Below, one piece after another: positions 8,179-18,680 of a DNA stretch of 64,000 bases. The stretch comes from Actinomycetota bacterium (lineage in GTDB: Bacteria > Actinomycetota > Actinomycetes > S36-B12 > UBA10799). The notes below the pieces were generated by a model. The model was given only the letters and a program-made list of their open reading frames with translations, had not been told where the DNA came from and did no database searches. The stretch covers positions 555 through 64,554 of the forward strand of contig JACJWU010000008.1 of assembly GCA_020636995.1 (NCBI GenBank), read 5' to 3'. Both the position numbers and the translations under genes were made by a program. How positions within the stretch are numbered: position 1 is the first letter of the stretch; each line of letters opens with the position of its first letter.

Positions 8179-10821
8179 CTAGCCCATCCGCCCGATGATC
8201 AGGTCGGCCACCAGGCCGGTCCACCCGGTCTGATGACTCGCGCCGAGGCCGGCGCCGTTGTCACCGTGGAAGTACTCGAAGAAGTAGGGCGCGAAGTTCC
8301 AGCGGGGATCGGTCTGGAACTTCTCGGTGTCGCCGAAGACCGGCCGCCGGCCGTCCTGGTCGGGCAAGAAGATGCTGATCAACCGGCGCCGCAGTTCCTC
8401 GGCCACCTCGCGCATGTTGGCCATCTCGCCGCTGCCGGTGGGGCATTCCACCTGGAAGGAATCCCCGAGGTACATGTAGTAGCGCTCGAGGGCCTCGATC
8501 ACGAGGTGGTTGATCGGGAACCATACCGGCCCTCGCCAGTTGGAGTTGCCCCCGTACATGGGGGTCGCCGACTCGGCCGGCTCGTAGTCCACATCGAACG
8601 ACTGGCCGTCGATCTTGACGCTGAACGGGGCAGCCTTGTGCCGTTTCGACAGGCTGCGCAACCCGTGCGGTGACAGGAAGGAGTCCTCGCTGAGGACCTC
8701 CAGCATGACCCGGCGCAGGCGTTCCGGGTCCAGCACCGTGAGCAGCAGTTTGCTCTGCTCGGGCGAGCGGTAGACGAAGCCGGCGCGTCCCGAGTCGATC
8801 GTGTCCAGCCCGCGGCGGCGTAGGAAGTCGGCGAAGCGCTCATACAGACGAGCGTTGCGTTGCAGGGCCTTGTCGGTCTCGATCCAGGCCGCGGCCAGGA
8901 TCGGGATCAGCCCGACGATCGAGCGGACCCGCAGCGCCTCCTTGGTGCCGTCGGGGCGCAGCAACTGGTCGTAGAAGAAGCCCTCCTGCCAGTCCCACAT
9001 GCCACTGGCGGCCATCCCGTCGGTGATGGACGCGAAGTGCTCGGCGAACTTCAAGGCCATCGCGTCGTAGACCGGGTCGTGCTCGGCCAGTCGCAGCGCG
9101 ATGCGCAGCATGCTCAGGCAGTAGAACGCCATCCATGCGGTGCCGTCGGCCTGTTCCAGCCCGCAGCCGGCTGGCAGTTGCGAGCGGTTGATCGGGCCCA
9201 CGTTGTCCAGGCCCAGGAATCCGCCCTGGAAGACGTTGTTGCCCTCGGAGTCCACGCGGTTGACCCACCAGGTGAAGTTCATCAGCAGCTTCTGGAAGAC
9301 CTCCTGCAGGAAGTCGTAGTCCTTCGTGCCGTCGATCTCGAAGACCCGCAAGGCGGCCCACGCGTGGACCGGCGGGTTGATGTCGCTGAAGTTCCACTCG
9401 TACGCGGGCAGTGCACCGTTGGGGTGCATGTACCACTCGCGGCACATGAGCAACAACTGGTACTTGGCGTAGCTGGGATCGATGTGTGTGAACACCACCG
9501 TGTGGAAGGCGAGATCCCACGCCGCGAACCAGGGGTACTCCCAGGCGTCCGGCATCGAGATCACGTCGTAGGCGTCCACCTGCTGCCAGGTGTGGTTGCG
9601 CCGTTCCTCCGGCGGTGGCGGCGGGGGCTGGCCCGGATCGCCGGCCAGCCAGCGTTGGATGTCGTAGCGGTAGAACTGCTTGGTCCAGACCATCCCGGCG
9701 AACGCCGCACGCATAGCCTCCAACTCCGGCCCCGGGCAGTTGTCGGGGGCCAGATCGCCGTAGAACTCGTCGGCTTCGGCCTGGCGGGTGGCGAACAGTT
9801 CGTCGAAGTCCCTGCCGAGGGCGTCCGGATTGCGCTTGTTCTCCGGCGACTTCCACAGCCGCAGGCGGATCTCCTGGGACGCGCCGGCGGGTACGGTCAG
9901 CCGGTACCACCAGGCGCCTTTGGTGCCGCGGTTCTCCGGGTTGACGCTGGGTTCGCCGAGGCGCACGTGCCGGTCGATCCCGTCCTTGGGGTAGGAGGTG
10001 ATGTTCTCGGTTCCGAAGATCAGCTCATCGTTGGTCTCGTTGTTGCACAGCACCGGCGTCGGTGCCTGCCCGTCCGGCAGCGGACCCGGGTCGAGATGGT
10101 AGGTCCCTGATCGCCAGTGGGTGGCGATCAGCGCACCGGAGTCCATGCGCATCTCCGGTACGGGGTGCCCCCGGCCCCAACCCCAGGTGTTGCGGAACCA
10201 CACGGTCGGCAGCACGTCGATGGTGGCCTCGTCGGGTCCCGCGTTGGTCACCGTGACCCGGATGCTGATGTCGGTGGGTGTGGCCTTGGCGTAGTCGACA
10301 TCCACGACCCAGTAGCGGTCGTCGTCGAAGACGCCGGTGTCGATGAGTTCGTACTCCGGCTGGGTGCGGTCGCGTTCGCCGTTGGTCGCGATGAGGTCGT
10401 CGTAGGGGAAGGCCGCCTGCGGGTAGTGGTACCGCCATCGCAGCCAGGCATGCGACGGCAGCGCATCGCGGTACCAGTAGTACTCCTTGACATCCTCGCC
10501 GTGGTTGCCCTGTGAGCCGTCGAGGCCGAAAAGGCGCTCCTTGATCACCCGGTCCTGGCCGTTCCACAGGGCGATGGCGAAGCACGTGTCCTGCAGCAGG
10601 TCGGACAGTCCGGCCAGGCCGTCCTCGCTCCACCGGAAAGTGCGGGCATGGGCGTGTTCGAAGGGGAAATACTTCCAGGCGTCGCCGTCCGCGGAGTAGT
10701 CCTCGCGCACCGTGCCCCACGCGCGCTCGGACAGGTAGGGACCCCACTGGTACCACGGTCCTGCCTGCTCGGGCCCGCCGGCGATGCCGCCGGCCTGCTT
10801 CATCCGCTCGTACTCGCTCAC
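8179..10821 (-). CDS. GH63-like (MGH1-type) glucosidase
   Basis: WGPYLSERAWGTVREDYS, WEYPWFAAWDLAFH, NWRGPVWFP and GASHQTGWTG motifs. Start is GTG 10821 or TTG 10842. Confidence 0.85.
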   Translation of the reverse strand: MSEYERMKQAGGIAGGPEQAGPWYQWGPYLSERAWGTVREDYSADGDAWKYFPFEHAHARTFRWSEDGLAGLSDLLQDTCFAIALWNGQDRVIKERLFGLDGSQGNHGEDVKEYYWYRDALPSHAWLRWRYHYPQAAFPYDDLIATNGERDRTQPEYELIDTGVFDDDRYWVVDVDYAKATPTDISIRVTVTNAGPDEATIDVLPTVWFRNTWGWGRGHPVPEMRMDSGALIATHWRSGTYHLDPGPLPDGQAPTPVLCNNETNDELIFGTENITSYPKDGIDRHVRLGEPSVNPENRGTKGAWWYRLTVPAGASQEIRLRLWKSPENKRNPDALGRDFDELFATRQAEADEFYGDLAPDNCPGPELEAMRAAFAGMVWTKQFYRYDIQRWLAGDPGQPPPPPPEERRNHTWQQVDAYDVISMPDAWEYPWFAAWDLAFHTVVFTHIDPSYAKYQLLLMCREWYMHPNGALPAYEWNFSDINPPVHAWAALRVFEIDGTKDYDFLQEVFQKLLMNFTWWVNRVDSEGNNVFQGGFLGLDNVGPINRSQLPAGCGLEQADGTAWMAFYCLSMLRIALRLAEHDPVYDAMALKFAEHFASITDGMAASGMWDWQEGFFYDQLLRPDGTKEALRVRSIVGLIPILAAAWIETDKALQRNARLYERFADFLRRRGLDTIDSGRAGFVYRSPEQSKLLLTVLDPERLRRVMLEVLSEDSFLSPHGLRSLSKRHKAAPFSVKIDGQSFDVDYEPAESATPMYGGNSNWRGPVWFPINHLVIEALERYYMYLGDSFQVECPTGSGEMANMREVAEELRRRLISIFLPDQDGRRPVFGDTEKFQTDPRWNFAPYFFEYFHGDNGAGLGASHQTGWTGLVADLIIGRMG

Positions 10822-10918
10822 CGTGGCAGGGTAGTCCGGCAACAGACGTTGTGGCGCGGTCTACATCGAAGGAAATAGGGTAGTAGAGCAACGTGAAGGC
10901 GACATGGGGTGATTCGCA

Positions 10919-12226
10919 ATGGCCGCCCGGAGGCGCAAGCAACGTATAGCCATGATCTCGACCCACGGGTACGTGGCGGCAGAACCACCTTTGGGGGCGC
11001 CCGACACGGGCGGCCAGGTGGTCTACGTCCTGGAGTTGTCCCGCAAACTCGCCCAACTCGGGTACCGCGTGGACATCTGGACCCGCAGGTTCGAGAAACA
11101 GCGGCAGATCGAGGTCGTGGACGAGGACGTGCGGATCATCCGCATGCCCTGTGGTGGTCCGGACTTCATTCCCAAGGAGTACCTGTACAAGAAGCTGCCG
11201 GAGTGGGGGGAGAACGCTCTGCGCTTCATCCGCGACCGGCGGCTGGACTACGAGTTCATCAACAGTCACTACTGGGACGCCGGACTGGCCGGACAGCGGT
11301 TGTCCGAGGTGCTGGGGATCCCACATGTGCACACGCCGCACTCGCTGGGGATGTGGAAACAGGAACAGATGTCGCAGGACAGCGACAAGAGCGACGACGA
11401 GTTCGAGCAGCAGTACAACTTCAGCCGGCGCATCCATCACGAAACGACACTGTTCCGCGAGTGCGACCTGGTGATCGCCACGTCGCCGCAGCAGTTCGAT
11501 CTGCTGGAGACCGGCTACGAGGTGCCCGCCTCCCGCATGAAGATGATCCCGCCGGGCTACGACGACAACCGCTTCTTCCCGGTGAGTGGGGCGACCCGGC
11601 GCAGTATCCGGGAGGCGCTGGGCTACGAGGGCCTGGTCGTGGCCTCCATCGGTCGACTGGCCCGCAACAAGGGGTTCGACCTGCTCGTCGACGCGTTCAG
11701 CGTCGTGGCCGATCGGGTGCCGGAGGCGCGGCTGCGGATCGCATGCGGTGCGGAGTCGTCGGACTACGGCGACGACGAGATCTTCACCGAGATCACCGAC
11801 AAGATCCGCGACTACGGCCTCGAGGACCGAGTGATCTTGTCGGGGTCGCTCGAGGACGACGAGATGGCGGACTTCTACCGGGCAGCCGACGTGTTCGCAC
11901 TGTCCAGCCGGTACGAGCCGTTCGGGATGACCGCGGTGGAGGCGATGGCCTGCGGCGCGCCGACCGTGATGACCATCCATGGCGGTCTGTGGCGTTCGGT
12001 GTACTTCGGGCAGCAGGCGCTGTACGCCGACACCACCGACAAGGAGGAGTTCGGGATCGCGCTGCTGCAGGCACTGAAGTACAGCCGCTTGCGGGCGCGG
12101 ATGCATCGTGAGGGTGCGCACCGGGTGCGTGCGCTGTTCACGTGGACCGGGATCGCCCAGCAGCTGATCAGCGCCGTGGAGGAGCGCGGGGCTCCGGGCT
12201 TCGATCTCGGCGACGATTTCGATTGA
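10919..12226 (+). CDS. mfpsA: Mannosylfructose-phosphate synthase-like GT4 glycosyltransferase (SPS family)
   Basis: ISTHGYVA.PPLGA.DTGGQVVYVLEL, FIPKEYL, HTPHSLG.WK, PPGYDDNRFFPVS, SRYEPFGMTA and LFTWTGIAQQL match my recollection of Agrobacterium MfpsA. Confidence 0.8.
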   Translation: MAARRRKQRIAMISTHGYVAAEPPLGAPDTGGQVVYVLELSRKLAQLGYRVDIWTRRFEKQRQIEVVDEDVRIIRMPCGGPDFIPKEYLYKKLPEWGENALRFIRDRRLDYEFINSHYWDAGLAGQRLSEVLGIPHVHTPHSLGMWKQEQMSQDSDKSDDEFEQQYNFSRRIHHETTLFRECDLVIATSPQQFDLLETGYEVPASRMKMIPPGYDDNRFFPVSGATRRSIREALGYEGLVVASIGRLARNKGFDLLVDAFSVVADRVPEARLRIACGAESSDYGDDEIFTEITDKIRDYGLEDRVILSGSLEDDEMADFYRAADVFALSSRYEPFGMTAVEAMACGAPTVMTIHGGLWRSVYFGQQALYADTTDKEEFGIALLQALKYSRLRARMHREGAHRVRALFTWTGIAQQLISAVEERGAPGFDLGDDFD

Positions 12227-12275
12227 GTCGGCAAACCGCAGTACTGTGCTGCCGGGTAGGCAGGAGAGGGTGCTG

Positions 12276-14345
12276 ATGGGTGCGGCGATGTTCTGTTCGG
12301 ATCTCGACGGGACGCTGCTGGGCAAACCGGACGCGACCGCGCGGTTCACGAGGGTGTGGCGTGGCCTCGACCGTGCGCCCCTGCTGACCTACACCACCGG
12401 GCGGCTGCTCAACGACGCCCTGAAAGTGATCGCCATCGCAGAGTTGCCGCAGCCGGACTTCCTCATCTGCGGTGTCGGCACGGTCATCTACGACCTGCGC
12501 AACCAGACGTTGCTCAAGCAGTTCTCCGAGGTCATGGAGGAAGGCTGGGACAAGCAGTCCATCGAGCGGATCATGCAGTCGTCCACCTCAGCGGTCCGGC
12601 AGCCTCCCCAGTTCCAGCACCGCTACAAGTCCAGCTGGTATCTCGAAGGGGCGTCCGAGGACGGCATCTCGACGCTGGAGGACCTGCTCAACGCGGAGGG
12701 ACTGGCGGTCAATGTCGTGTACTCCAGCGCCCGCGATCTGGACATTCTGCCCAAGATGGCGAACAAGGGGAACTCCGTGACCTGGCTGTTGCAGGAGCTG
12801 GGGATCCCCACCGACCAGGTGATCGTGGCCGGTGACTCCGGCAACGATGCGGCCATGTTCCTGCTCCCAGGCGTGCGCGGAATCATCGTCGAGAACGCGC
12901 AGCCCGAGTTGGCTGCGCGCACGTTGGGGGCGAACATCTACCTTGCCGAAGGGCATTTCGCCGACGGGGTGCTCGAAGGGCTGCAGCACTTCGGTGTCGT
13001 CGGGGATCTGCCCGAGTACGCGGACGAGCATGCGCATGCCAGACCCGCGGACCCGGCCATCGGTCGCATCTTCGACGTCGAGCGTGCCGACGGGTTGTCG
13101 GCAGAAGATGCCGAACTGCTGGAGGTCGCCTACGAGAAGGCACTCGAGGCGTTGCGGCGCAACATCACCCCGATGGGCTTCTCCGCGTGTTCGTTGGAGC
13201 ACAACTTCGCGCACGGGACCGACGTCAACTACCGCAGTGTCTGGGCCCGGGACGGCTCCATCGCCGTGGTCGGATCGATGCATGTCGACGATCCGGAGAT
13301 CCGGCAGTGCGCACGCACCACCCTGGTGACGTTGCTGGATCACATGAACCCCGTCGGCCAGGTGCCCGCCAACGTCAGCATCGATGACGGCATCCCCGAC
13401 TACTCCGGGATCGGTGGGATCAGTTCGATCGACTCCGGCCTGTGGACGATCATCGCGATGTACGAGTACGTGCGGGTGTCCGGGGACGTCGGCTTCCTGC
13501 GCGAGCGGCTGTGGCAACTGCAGCGGGCCATGGACTGGCTCAGCGCGCACGACAGCAACAACGACGCGATGCTGGAGATCCCCGAGGCCGGAGACTGGAC
13601 CGACCTGTTCGGACGCAGCTACAACGTGCTGGTGGACGAGGTCCTCTGGTACCGCGCGAATGTCGCGTACGGACGGCTGCTGGAGCTGGCCGGCGAGCCG
13701 GAACGGGCGGCGGACTATCTGCGCTGGTCGCAGACCATCAAGTCGGTGCTGCTGGACAGATTCTGGCCCACCACCAAGCCGCGCGGCGACGAGGGCGCGG
13801 GGACACTGTTCACCGAGCGACAACTCGGCGTGGGCGACACCCGGTACCTGCTGGCCCAAGTGACCCCGTTCGACTTCGACTGGCGCTGCGACGTGTACGG
13901 CAACGTGCTGGCGGTGTTGTTCAACGTACTCGACGTGGCCCGGGCGCGGATCGCCTTCCGGTTCATGTGGGGGGTGGGGATCAACGATCCGTGGCCGGTC
14001 AAGAACCTCTATCCGGTGGTCCACTCCGGCGATCCTTCGTGGCGGCCGTACTACACCGTGAACCTGCTCAACCTCCCGCACCACTACCACAACGGCGGGA
14101 TCTGGCCGTTCATCGGAGGGCAGTGGGTGCGGTTCATCCAGCGCCTCGGCTATCGCGGGATCGCCTTCCAGGAGTTGGTGAAGCTGGCGAGACTCAACCA
14201 AGCCGGGATCTACGGCGAGTGGGAGTTCAACGAGTGGGCGCACGGGGAGACCGGCCGTCCCATGGGGAAGGCCTACCAGGCGTGGTCGGCCTCCGAGTTC
14301 CTGCTCGCCTGCCACGAGTTGCGCCTCGGGTCAGTGAGTCACTGA
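12276..14345 (+). CDS. Fusion of HAD-IIB (SPP/MfppA-like) phosphatase and C-terminal GH100/GDE-like (alpha/alpha)6 glycoside hydrolase
   Basis: N-terminal SDLDGTL, DILP..NKG and GDSGND; C-terminal VWARDG, DSGLW, YHNGGIWPF and QAWSA; one uninterrupted frame with an SD before ATG 12276. Confidence 0.8.
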   Translation: MGAAMFCSDLDGTLLGKPDATARFTRVWRGLDRAPLLTYTTGRLLNDALKVIAIAELPQPDFLICGVGTVIYDLRNQTLLKQFSEVMEEGWDKQSIERIMQSSTSAVRQPPQFQHRYKSSWYLEGASEDGISTLEDLLNAEGLAVNVVYSSARDLDILPKMANKGNSVTWLLQELGIPTDQVIVAGDSGNDAAMFLLPGVRGIIVENAQPELAARTLGANIYLAEGHFADGVLEGLQHFGVVGDLPEYADEHAHARPADPAIGRIFDVERADGLSAEDAELLEVAYEKALEALRRNITPMGFSACSLEHNFAHGTDVNYRSVWARDGSIAVVGSMHVDDPEIRQCARTTLVTLLDHMNPVGQVPANVSIDDGIPDYSGIGGISSIDSGLWTIIAMYEYVRVSGDVGFLRERLWQLQRAMDWLSAHDSNNDAMLEIPEAGDWTDLFGRSYNVLVDEVLWYRANVAYGRLLELAGEPERAADYLRWSQTIKSVLLDRFWPTTKPRGDEGAGTLFTERQLGVGDTRYLLAQVTPFDFDWRCDVYGNVLAVLFNVLDVARARIAFRFMWGVGINDPWPVKNLYPVVHSGDPSWRPYYTVNLLNLPHHYHNGGIWPFIGGQWVRFIQRLGYRGIAFQELVKLARLNQAGIYGEWEFNEWAHGETGRPMGKAYQAWSASEFLLACHELRLGSVSH

Positions 14346-14448
14346 CACCGCGTTCACCGAGGGCGAAGTCCGGAAGCCCACAAGACGCCTCGTGGTTGTC
14401 GTGGTACGAGGCTAAAGTGAGAAGTCTTCAGGCGATGGGAGTCATCGG

Positions 14449-16944
14449 ATGTTTGAGAGGTTCACCGACCGGGCCCGCCGCGTGGTTGTGCTCGCGCAAG
14501 AAGAGGCGCGGATGCTCAATCACAACTACATCGGCACCGAGCACATCCTGCTCGGGCTGATCCACGAGGGCGAGGGTGTGGCCGCGAAGGCTCTCGAGAG
14601 CCTGAACATCTCGTTGGACGCCGTACGCCAGCAGGTGGAGGAGATGATCGGCCAGGGCCAGCAGGCTCCCAGCGGTCACATTCCCTTCACCCCGCGCGCC
14701 AAGAAGGTCCTCGAGTTGTCGCTGCGTGAGGCGTTGCAGCTCGGGCACAACTACATCGGCACCGAGCACATCCTGCTCGGCCTGATCCGCGAGGGCGAAG
14801 GGGTTGCCGCCCAAGTGCTGGTGAAGCTCGGCGCCGACCTGAACAAGGTCCGTCAGCAAGTCATCCAGCTGCTGTCCGGTTACCAGGGCAAGGAGCCCGC
14901 CACCGCCGGTGGGCCGCAGGAGGGGACTCCGTCGAGTTCGCTGGTGCTCGACCAGTTCGGACGCAACCTGACGCAGGCGGCCAGAGAGGCCAAACTCGAC
15001 CCGGTCATCGGTCGTGAGAAAGAGATCGAGCGGGTCATGCAGGTGCTGTCCCGCCGCACGAAGAACAACCCGGTGCTCATCGGCGAACCCGGCGTCGGCA
15101 AGACCGCGGTCGTCGAGGGCCTCGCGCAGATGATCGTGCGCAACGAGGTGCCGGAGACGCTGAAGGACAAGCAGCTCTACACCCTCGACCTCGGCGCCCT
15201 GGTCGCGGGCAGCCGCTACCGCGGTGACTTCGAGGAGCGCCTGAAGAAGGTGCTCAAGGAGATCCGCACCCGCGGCGACATCATCCTGTTCATCGACGAG
15301 ATGCACACGCTGGTCGGTGCCGGCGCGGCCGAGGGTGCGATCGACGCCGCCAGCATCCTGAAGCCCATGCTGGCCCGCGGTGAACTGCAGACGATCGGTG
15401 CGACGACGCTCGACGAGTACCGCAAGTACGTCGAGAAGGATGCCGCGCTGGAGCGCCGGTTCCAGCCGATCCAGGTGCAGGAGCCGACCCTGGCCCACAC
15501 CATCGAGATCCTCAAGGGTCTGCGCGACCGCTACGAGAACCACCACCGCGTCACGATCACCGACAGCGCGCTGGTGGCCTCGGCCACCCTGGCCGATCGG
15601 TACATCAACGACCGGTTCCTTCCGGACAAGGCCATCGACCTGATCGACGAGGCCGGTTCGCGGTTGCGCATCCGCCGGATGACCGCGCCGCCGGACCTGC
15701 GCGAACTCGACGAGCGGATCGCCGGCGTGCGCCGCGAGAAGGAGTCCGCGATCGACGAGCAGGACTTCGAGAAGGCCGCGGCGCTGCGCGACAACGAGAA
15801 GAAGCTCATGTCCGAGCGTGCCGAGCGCGAGCGGCAGTGGAAGGCCGGCGACATGGACGTCGTGGCGCAGGTCGATGAGGAGTTGATCGCAGAGGTTCTG
15901 GCCACCGCCACCGGCATCCCGATCTTCAAACTCACCGAGGAGGAGTCGCAGCGGCTGCTCAAGATGGAGGAGGAGCTGCACAAGCGCGTCATCGGCCAGG
16001 AGCAGGCCATCCACGCACTGTCGCAGGCGATCCGCCGTACCCGCGCCGGACTCAAGGACCCGAAGCGTCCCGGCGGTTCGTTCATCTTCGCCGGGCCGTC
16101 CGGGGTCGGGAAGACCGAGTTGTCCAAGACCCTGGCCGAGTTCCTGTTCGGCGACGAGGACAGCCTCATCAGCCTGGACATGAGTGAGTTCTCCGAGAAG
16201 CACACCGTGTCGCGGCTGTTCGGTTCGCCCCCCGGCTACGTCGGGTACGACGAGGGCGGGCAGTTGACCGAGAAGGTGCGGCGCAAGCCGTTCTCGGTGG
16301 TGCTGTTCGACGAGGTGGAGAAGGCACACCCGGACATCTTCAACTCGCTGTTGCAGATCCTGGAGGACGGTCGCCTGACCGACTCGCAGGGCCGCGTGGT
16401 GGACTTCAAGAACACCGTCATCATCATGACCACGAACCTCGGTACCCGCGACATCGCGCGCGGTGTGAACCTCGGGTTCGCCAACGAGGACGACACGAAG
16501 ACCTCGTACGAGCGGATGAAGGCAAAGGTCAACGAGGAGCTCAAGAACCACTTCCGACCCGAGTTCCTCAACCGCATCGACGACATCATCGTGTTCCACC
16601 AGCTGACCCGCGAGGAGATCGTCCAGATCGTCGACCTGATGGTCGCGAAGCTCGACGAGCGGCTGCGGGACAAGGACATGGGCATCGAGTTGACGCAGGC
16701 CGCCAAGGACGCCCTGGCGATCCGCGGTTACGACCCGGTGCTCGGCGCGCGGCCCCTGCGTCGCACCATCCAGCGCGACATCGAAGACGCCCTGAGCGAG
16801 AAGATCCTCTTCGGGGAACTCGGGCCGGGACAGATCGTTCTGGTCGACGCAGAGGGCGAGGGCACCAACGCGGTGTTCACCTTCACGGGCACGGCGTCCG
16901 CTCAGGCGCCGGATGTCCCGCCGGTGGAGGCCGCGGAGGGCTGA
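14449..16944 (+). CDS. clpC: ATP-dependent Clp protease ATP-binding subunit ClpC
   Basis: [21 protein letters not shown] start; two Walker A motifs ([16 protein letters not shown]). Confidence 0.98.
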   Translation: MFERFTDRARRVVVLAQEEARMLNHNYIGTEHILLGLIHEGEGVAAKALESLNISLDAVRQQVEEMIGQGQQAPSGHIPFTPRAKKVLELSLREALQLGHNYIGTEHILLGLIREGEGVAAQVLVKLGADLNKVRQQVIQLLSGYQGKEPATAGGPQEGTPSSSLVLDQFGRNLTQAAREAKLDPVIGREKEIERVMQVLSRRTKNNPVLIGEPGVGKTAVVEGLAQMIVRNEVPETLKDKQLYTLDLGALVAGSRYRGDFEERLKKVLKEIRTRGDIILFIDEMHTLVGAGAAEGAIDAASILKPMLARGELQTIGATTLDEYRKYVEKDAALERRFQPIQVQEPTLAHTIEILKGLRDRYENHHRVTITDSALVASATLADRYINDRFLPDKAIDLIDEAGSRLRIRRMTAPPDLRELDERIAGVRREKESAIDEQDFEKAAALRDNEKKLMSERAERERQWKAGDMDVVAQVDEELIAEVLATATGIPIFKLTEEESQRLLKMEEELHKRVIGQEQAIHALSQAIRRTRAGLKDPKRPGGSFIFAGPSGVGKTELSKTLAEFLFGDEDSLISLDMSEFSEKHTVSRLFGSPPGYVGYDEGGQLTEKVRRKPFSVVLFDEVEKAHPDIFNSLLQILEDGRLTDSQGRVVDFKNTVIIMTTNLGTRDIARGVNLGFANEDDTKTSYERMKAKVNEELKNHFRPEFLNRIDDIIVFHQLTREEIVQIVDLMVAKLDERLRDKDMGIELTQAAKDALAIRGYDPVLGARPLRRTIQRDIEDALSEKILFGELGPGQIVLVDAEGEGTNAVFTFTGTASAQAPDVPPVEAAEG

Positions 16945-16955
16945 GCGACTACCAG

Positions 16956-16990
16956 CGAAGGGTCGGGTGCTTCGGCGCCCGGCCCTTTCG
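16956..16990 (+). terminator. Intrinsic terminator hairpin after clpC
   Basis: CGAAGGGTCGGGTGC-TTCG-GCGCCCGGCCCTTTCG. Confidence 0.75.
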
Positions 16991-17023
16991 TGTGCCGGCC
17001 GGTGCCTGGTGCTGCCCGCGACC

Positions 17024-17084
17024 GTTGAGTGCTGCGCGGTTACGGGTTTGAGGCACAGGAATCGGTAACCGTGCAGCAGTGAAC
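17024..17084. repeat. Solo imperfect inverted repeat between convergent clpC and mutY
   Basis: GTTGAGTGCTGCGCGGTTAC pairs with GTAACCGTGCAGCAGTGAAC (17 of 20). Confidence 0.55.
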
Positions 17085-17161
17085 TGTATGCATCGGCCGT
17101 CCGGGATGGGTTTCCCGGTTCTGGTGCTGGTGTTCGTCGTACGTGCGTGCGTGCATGCCGC

Positions 17162-17980
17162 CTAGGGAAGAGACCACTGCCGTTCGCGCACGATGAGACC
17201 ATCGGCGAGCAGGGAGTCGAGTGCGCGCTGGAGTTGTTCGGCGTCGGGCCATTCGAACGCGTCCGCCGGTCCCTCGCGCAGTACCGCCAGGACGGCGCCC
17301 CTGGCCTGCCGGTCTGTGCCCTCGTAGGCCTGCGGACGACTGGTCCGCTGCCCGGTCGGTACCCAGTTGCACACCTCAGCGAGCGGACAGTTGGCGCAAT
17401 CCGGGTTCCGCGCGGTGCAGACCAATGCACCGAACTCCATCGCCGCCGCCGCCCACAGCGCAGCTGGCACTTCCACGTCGGCGTGGACCTCCGCGGCGAG
17501 GGTGCGCTCGGCCGCGGTGAAGCTGGGTGCCGGATCCCCGCCGGTCAGGACTCGCACCAGGAGGCGGCGGACATTGACGTCGACCACGACGGCGTCCCGG
17601 CCGTAGGCGAAGGCCGCGACCGCAGCAGCCGTGTACTCCCCGACCCCTGGCAGGGACAACAGGTCGGCCTCGTCTGCGGGGACCTCGCCGCCGAAACGAT
17701 CCCGCATGATCACTGCCGCTTCGTGCAGGCGTTTGGCTCGTCGCGGGTAGCCCAGCCGGCCCCATGCCCGGATCGCCTCCCCGGGGGTGTCATCCGCGAG
17801 GGCCGCGGGCGTCGGCCACCGCCGCAGCCACTCGTGCCACGCGGGTAGCACGCGGACCACCGGCGTCTGTTGCAGCATGATCTCGCTGACGTAGACACCC
17901 CACGGCGTGCTGGTCCGCCAGGGCAGATCCCGCCGGTGTTCGGCGAACCATTCGGTGACGATCCGGTCGAGGTGTGCCAT
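17162..17980 (-). CDS. mutY: A/G-specific adenine glycosylase
   Basis: RDLPWR, VSEIMLQQT, LGYPRRA, LPGVGEYTA and Fe-S motif CTARNPDCANCPLAEVC. Confidence 0.93.
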   Translation of the reverse strand: MAHLDRIVTEWFAEHRRDLPWRTSTPWGVYVSEIMLQQTPVVRVLPAWHEWLRRWPTPAALADDTPGEAIRAWGRLGYPRRAKRLHEAAVIMRDRFGGEVPADEADLLSLPGVGEYTAAAVAAFAYGRDAVVVDVNVRRLLVRVLTGGDPAPSFTAAERTLAAEVHADVEVPAALWAAAAMEFGALVCTARNPDCANCPLAEVCNWVPTGQRTSRPQAYEGTDRQARGAVLAVLREGPADAFEWPDAEQLQRALDSLLADGLIVRERQWSLP

Positions 17981-18065
17981 CACGGCCATTCTTGCGGCCG
18001 CCGGAGCGTCGGCAACCCGGACCCGGCGCGGTCGCCGGGGGAACGCCTTGCATACCGTGGCTGTC

Positions 18066-18680
18066 ATGAGTTCGTTGCTGCATCCGGTGGGGCCGGAACC
18101 GGCCAGCGTCTACTGGCGACGGCGCATCATCGTCGTCATCGGGATCCTGGTGGTTCTCGGACTGCTGTGGTGGCTGATCTCCCCGAGTGGGGGGTCCGCT
18201 CCGGCTGCATCATCGGCCAGCCCCACCCCGCTGCCCACGTTGAGCAGCGCGGCTCCGAGCGTCTCGCCGTCGGCGTCCGTGTCCGGGGCCCAGTGCGCCG
18301 ACTCCGACATCGCCGTCACGGTGACGACCGAGCAGCAGGCCTACTCCGTGGGCGGGCCGGTTGAGTTCGTGATGAAGATCAGCAACACCGGCGGCGTGCC
18401 GTGCGTGCGCGATGTCGGAACGATCGCGAACACGTTCGTCGTGACCTCCGGCGGATTCGATGTGTGGAACTCCGACGCGTGTTCCGGCACCGACGAGGTG
18501 CAGGAGGCACAGGAGGAGGAGATCCCGGCTGGGGAGGCATTCGCGGTCAAGGGCACCTGGGACGGAACCGTGACGGCCAACGGTTGTGAGAACGCCACCC
18601 CGGCAGAGGCCGGCGCCTATCAGGTGGAGGCGAGCAACGGCGACGTCGTCAGCGAGCCTGTGACCTTCAGCCTCGGCTGA
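18066..18680 (+). CDS. Conserved actinobacterial membrane-anchored protein (Rv3587c-like)
   Basis: VGPEPASVYWRRR plus a TM helix, C.D and VWNSD.C motifs; located between mutY and disA. Confidence 0.7.
   Translation: MSSLLHPVGPEPASVYWRRRIIVVIGILVVLGLLWWLISPSGGSAPAASSASPTPLPTLSSAAPSVSPSASVSGAQCADSDIAVTVTTEQQAYSVGGPVEFVMKISNTGGVPCVRDVGTIANTFVVTSGGFDVWNSDACSGTDEVQEAQEEEIPAGEAFAVKGTWDGTVTANGCENATPAEAGAYQVEASNGDVVSEPVTFSLG

Noticed and set aside
17040-17156. Small Cys/His-containing ORF (MHARTYDEHQH...HCCTVTDSC)
   Set aside because: It overlaps an intergenic hairpin, has atypical codon usage and no clear initiation signal.
14428-17430. 1000-aa antisense ORF over clpC and other long shadow ORFs (e.g. 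10025-12349, 43848-46592, 35062-37014)
   Set aside because: Expected stop-poor antisense frames in high-GC coding DNA; no recognisable domains.
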